Part shown: piece after piece, positions 61,779 to 64,000 of the stretch | Numbering within the stretch: position 1 is the first letter of the stretch | Layout: each line of letters begins with the position of its first letter | DNA from: Nitrospinaceae bacterium | GTDB lineage: Bacteria; Nitrospinota; Nitrospinia; Nitrospinales; VA-1 | Direction of reading: 5' to 3' | Assembly (NCBI GenBank): GCA_046754465.1 | Contig: JBHHVU010000003.1 | Coordinates: 32,001-96,000, forward strand | Length of the DNA stretch: 64,000 nt | Notes under the pieces: model-generated | Told to the model about the DNA's origin: nothing | Database searches by the model: none | Seen by the model: the letters and a program-made list of their open reading frames with translations, nothing else | Translations under genes and position numbers: made by a program

Positions 61779-62489
61779 ATGAAGGAACTGCTTCATAAGC
61801 CCGGATTCCTGGCGCCCTCAGGAACCCTCGGGGCCGATGTCAGCTACCTGCTCGCGGTCATATTCACCCTTCTGTTTCTGGTTTCGTGGGGTTTGGCCAA
61901 AAAGGGCCAGGGTACCCGGCACCACAAGCTGATCTTCGTCTCCATGCTGTCGATGGTGATTTATTTTTGCGCTTATTACTACGCCCGACAGTTGGGAGTC
62001 CTTGCGCTGGAGGGGAAGGAAGGATTTGGCGGACCCCAGGAGATTTATAATAATGTCTTTGTCCCGGTTCTGACCACTCACCTCGTTCTGGTGACCCTGG
62101 GCCTGATCCTGGCCTTTTACATGCTTGTCGAGGGGGTCCGCGCGAGCGAAAACAAGGAGGGAATCTACACTTTAAAATCCGGCGAGCTGAAGATGCGCCC
62201 CAAAACCTTTAAAATCGTCCTGTACACGATTCTGGGGCTCTGGGCGGTCAACCAAATCATCCTGACCGTGGTCCGCCACGCTTCCTGGGGGGCCAACCTG
62301 GCGTGGGCGTTGATCTTTGCCACCATCGCCGGGGTGGTCAGCATTGAAAAGCTCATCGAGAAACTGGTTCCCGACGGCGCCAGGCGTCATCGCCTTCTGG
62401 GGAGAGGAACGATGGTGATTTTCGCCCTGATCCTCGTCACCAGCACCGCCACCTACCTGATGCTTTACGTAATTTATCCGGCGAAATAA
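61779..62489 (+). CDS. DUF420-family membrane protein
   Basis: PGFL...GT.GAD, HH, FGGP, LTTH, HR.LGR; multiple TM segments. Confidence 0.8.
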   Translation: MKELLHKPGFLAPSGTLGADVSYLLAVIFTLLFLVSWGLAKKGQGTRHHKLIFVSMLSMVIYFCAYYYARQLGVLALEGKEGFGGPQEIYNNVFVPVLTTHLVLVTLGLILAFYMLVEGVRASENKEGIYTLKSGELKMRPKTFKIVLYTILGLWAVNQIILTVVRHASWGANLAWALIFATIAGVVSIEKLIEKLVPDGARRHRLLGRGTMVIFALILVTSTATYLMLYVIYPAK

Positions 62490-62844
62490 CCTTCCCCTTG
62501 CCCGAAAACGGGCCTTTCCCTGCTTCGTGGGTGATTTGATGAGTGAAAAAGAAATCGGGAAGGAAAATACCGAAATCCAGAGGTTTTCCCCTTGACACTT
62601 TTCAAATGACTGTGATAACTTTCCCTTGGCTCATAGAATCTCAAAGTACATTAACAATAAATAAGCTGCGGTCAAGCCATTGACGCCGAGGCCAATGTAA
62701 ACGATGGTGTCGAAAATTTTTCCGTCTTTGCCGGCCATATAATCCTCAAAAGTCATTACAGTTTAGATAAAAAAAATTACCTTAGACAAGGAAAACTGTC
62801 AAGAATAAATTGATGTGAATTTTTTAACCACGAGGGACTTATAA

Positions 62845-62949
62845 ATGGATATAGAAAAAATAAAGGAAAAAATCGGACCATTTATTTATATCGGAACCGT
62901 TATCTTTTGTTTGTGGTTTTTTTACTGGTTCGCGTCCGTTTGGCGATGA
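62845..62949 (+). CDS. Single-TM microprotein (34 aa; not in ORF track)
   Basis: GAGGGA RBS; MDIEKIKEKIGPFIYIGTVIFCLWFFYWFASVWR. Confidence 0.62.
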   Translation: MDIEKIKEKIGPFIYIGTVIFCLWFFYWFASVWR

Positions 62950-63004
62950 CAACCGGATAATCCCTTCCACAAACCAGTTAACCGTTTAGGAGATTAAGAG
63001 AACA

Positions 63005-63184
63005 ATGAATGAACCAATTCAAGAGGAAACAAGAAAATTCATCACGCCCAAATCGATCATCTGGTTCATCATCGCGTTGATCGGCATGGCATTTTACTTC
63101 CTTCTGATCAACGTGGGCCTGATGAAAGTTCAGGGGCTGGATTTTTTCTACTTGTGGACAAGCGGATCGGGCGGAGCCGGTTAA
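63005..63184 (+). CDS. Single-TM small protein (59 aa; not in ORF track)
   Basis: AGGAG RBS; MNEPIQEETRKFITPKSIIWFIIALIGMAFYFLLINVGLMKVQGLDFFYLWTSGSGGAG. Confidence 0.68.
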   Translation: MNEPIQEETRKFITPKSIIWFIIALIGMAFYFLLINVGLMKVQGLDFFYLWTSGSGGAG

Positions 63185-63205
63185 TAGTTCTGAGTCCCTC
63201 GAAAT

Positions 63206-63245
63206 AAAAAAAATGACAGGTTTCCCGAAGCCTGTCATTTTTTTT
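63206..63245 (+). terminator. Bidirectional intrinsic terminator
   Basis: A-run, tgacaggttt-cccg-aagcctgtca, T-run. Confidence 0.88.
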
Positions 63246-63322
63246 GTTTGATCGACAGACCTCACCGTTACTCCGCTCCTCCAGGGCCGGAAAGACTCCA
63301 GAACCCAACCCCCGCGAACACC

Positions 63323-64000
63323 ATGAATGGTAAACCCACCTGCCGCATTTATCTCTTCCGGCATGGAGAAACCGCCAACGCCGGTCAGGTTTGTTTCAAC
63401 GGCCACAATGATGTCGACCTTTCCCCTCACGGCCAAAAGCAGTTCGACCACATCGCCCGGGCCATGAATGATATTCCCCTGAAAAAAGTTTATTGTAGCG
63501 ATCTTCGCCGCACCCGCCTCTGCGCCGAAAAGGTCTCCCGGCCCCACAGTCTCCAACCCGCCGCCTGTCCCGAACTGAGGGAGCTTTCCTTCGGGGAATG
63601 GGAAGGCTTGAGCGTGCAAGAGGTCCAGGCCCGGTTTCCTCATGAACTGGAAAAACGCTTAAAAGACATCGAAGGCTTTTTCGTCACGGGCGGGGAAACT
63701 TTCCACCAACTCCAGGAGCGGGTCCTTCCCAAATTCCGGACCATTGTGGCGGAGCATCCGGAGGGAACCCTCGCGATGGTTTGCCACGGCGGGGTCAACC
63801 GGATCATTCTGGCGGATATTCTCGGCATTCCCCTGAAAAAGATCTTCCGGATCCACCAGGATTACGGGGCGGTCAACATCATCCAGTTTTACGGGGAAGA
63901 CGCCGTCGTGGAGATGATCGGCGGCACCCATCATCACATTACCGGAACGATCCCCCCCAAAAAAAATTACCCATCCAGTGACCGCCGATCCATCATGAAA
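63323..64000 (+). CDS. Histidine phosphatase (CobC/alpha-ribazole phosphatase-like); no stop in frame within window
   Basis: YLFRHGET, SDL.R, LRELSFGEWEG, GGE, VCHGGVNR; absent from the ORF track because it runs off the end. Confidence 0.88.
   Translation, partial: MNGKPTCRIYLFRHGETANAGQVCFNGHNDVDLSPHGQKQFDHIARAMNDIPLKKVYCSDLRRTRLCAEKVSRPHSLQPAACPELRELSFGEWEGLSVQEVQARFPHELEKRLKDIEGFFVTGGETFHQLQERVLPKFRTIVAEHPEGTLAMVCHGGVNRIILADILGIPLKKIFRIHQDYGAVNIIQFYGEDAVVEMIGGTHHHITGTIPPKKNYPSSDRRSIMK

Overview
Bacterial chromosomal window, moderately GC-rich and densely coding. The gene mix suggests Nitrospinota or a deltaproteobacteria-like lineage (inference from gene content only). Housekeeping genes: yebC-ruvCAB, ppiC, rpmB, rel/spoT, recG, gltX, glnS, a DHH-CBS tRNA nucleotidyltransferase, mrp/apbC, an orphan flgM and a cobC-like phosphatase. 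Envelope and redox genes: multicopper oxidase plus TolC, two DsbA-like proteins, DsbD-N, a UshA-like/tetraheme cytochrome c fusion, CtpA, a HmuY-like protein, an HdrD/FadF-like Fe-S protein and an anchor-less FrdA/FrdB-like pair. Also present are a YbhG/F/S/R-type ABC exporter and a GAF-HisKA_3/NarL two-component system. The most unusual features are: (1) an accessory insert between convergent gltX and glnS, in which an AbrB-Doc toxin-antitoxin pair is followed by an AT-rich, frameshifted HEPN/DUF5677-like gene bracketed by two nested pairs of short inverted repeats; (2) a translationally coupled operon of a secreted beta/gamma-crystallin-like protein, an SplB-like radical SAM enzyme with a non-canonical Cys motif and an MRB1590-like ABC-class ATPase, faced by a second crystallin-like paralog; (3) several small membrane ORFs missing from the ORF track. 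No rRNA, tRNA, CRISPR array or transposase was recognised. Two reading-frame breaks fall in homopolymer runs and may be sequencing errors.
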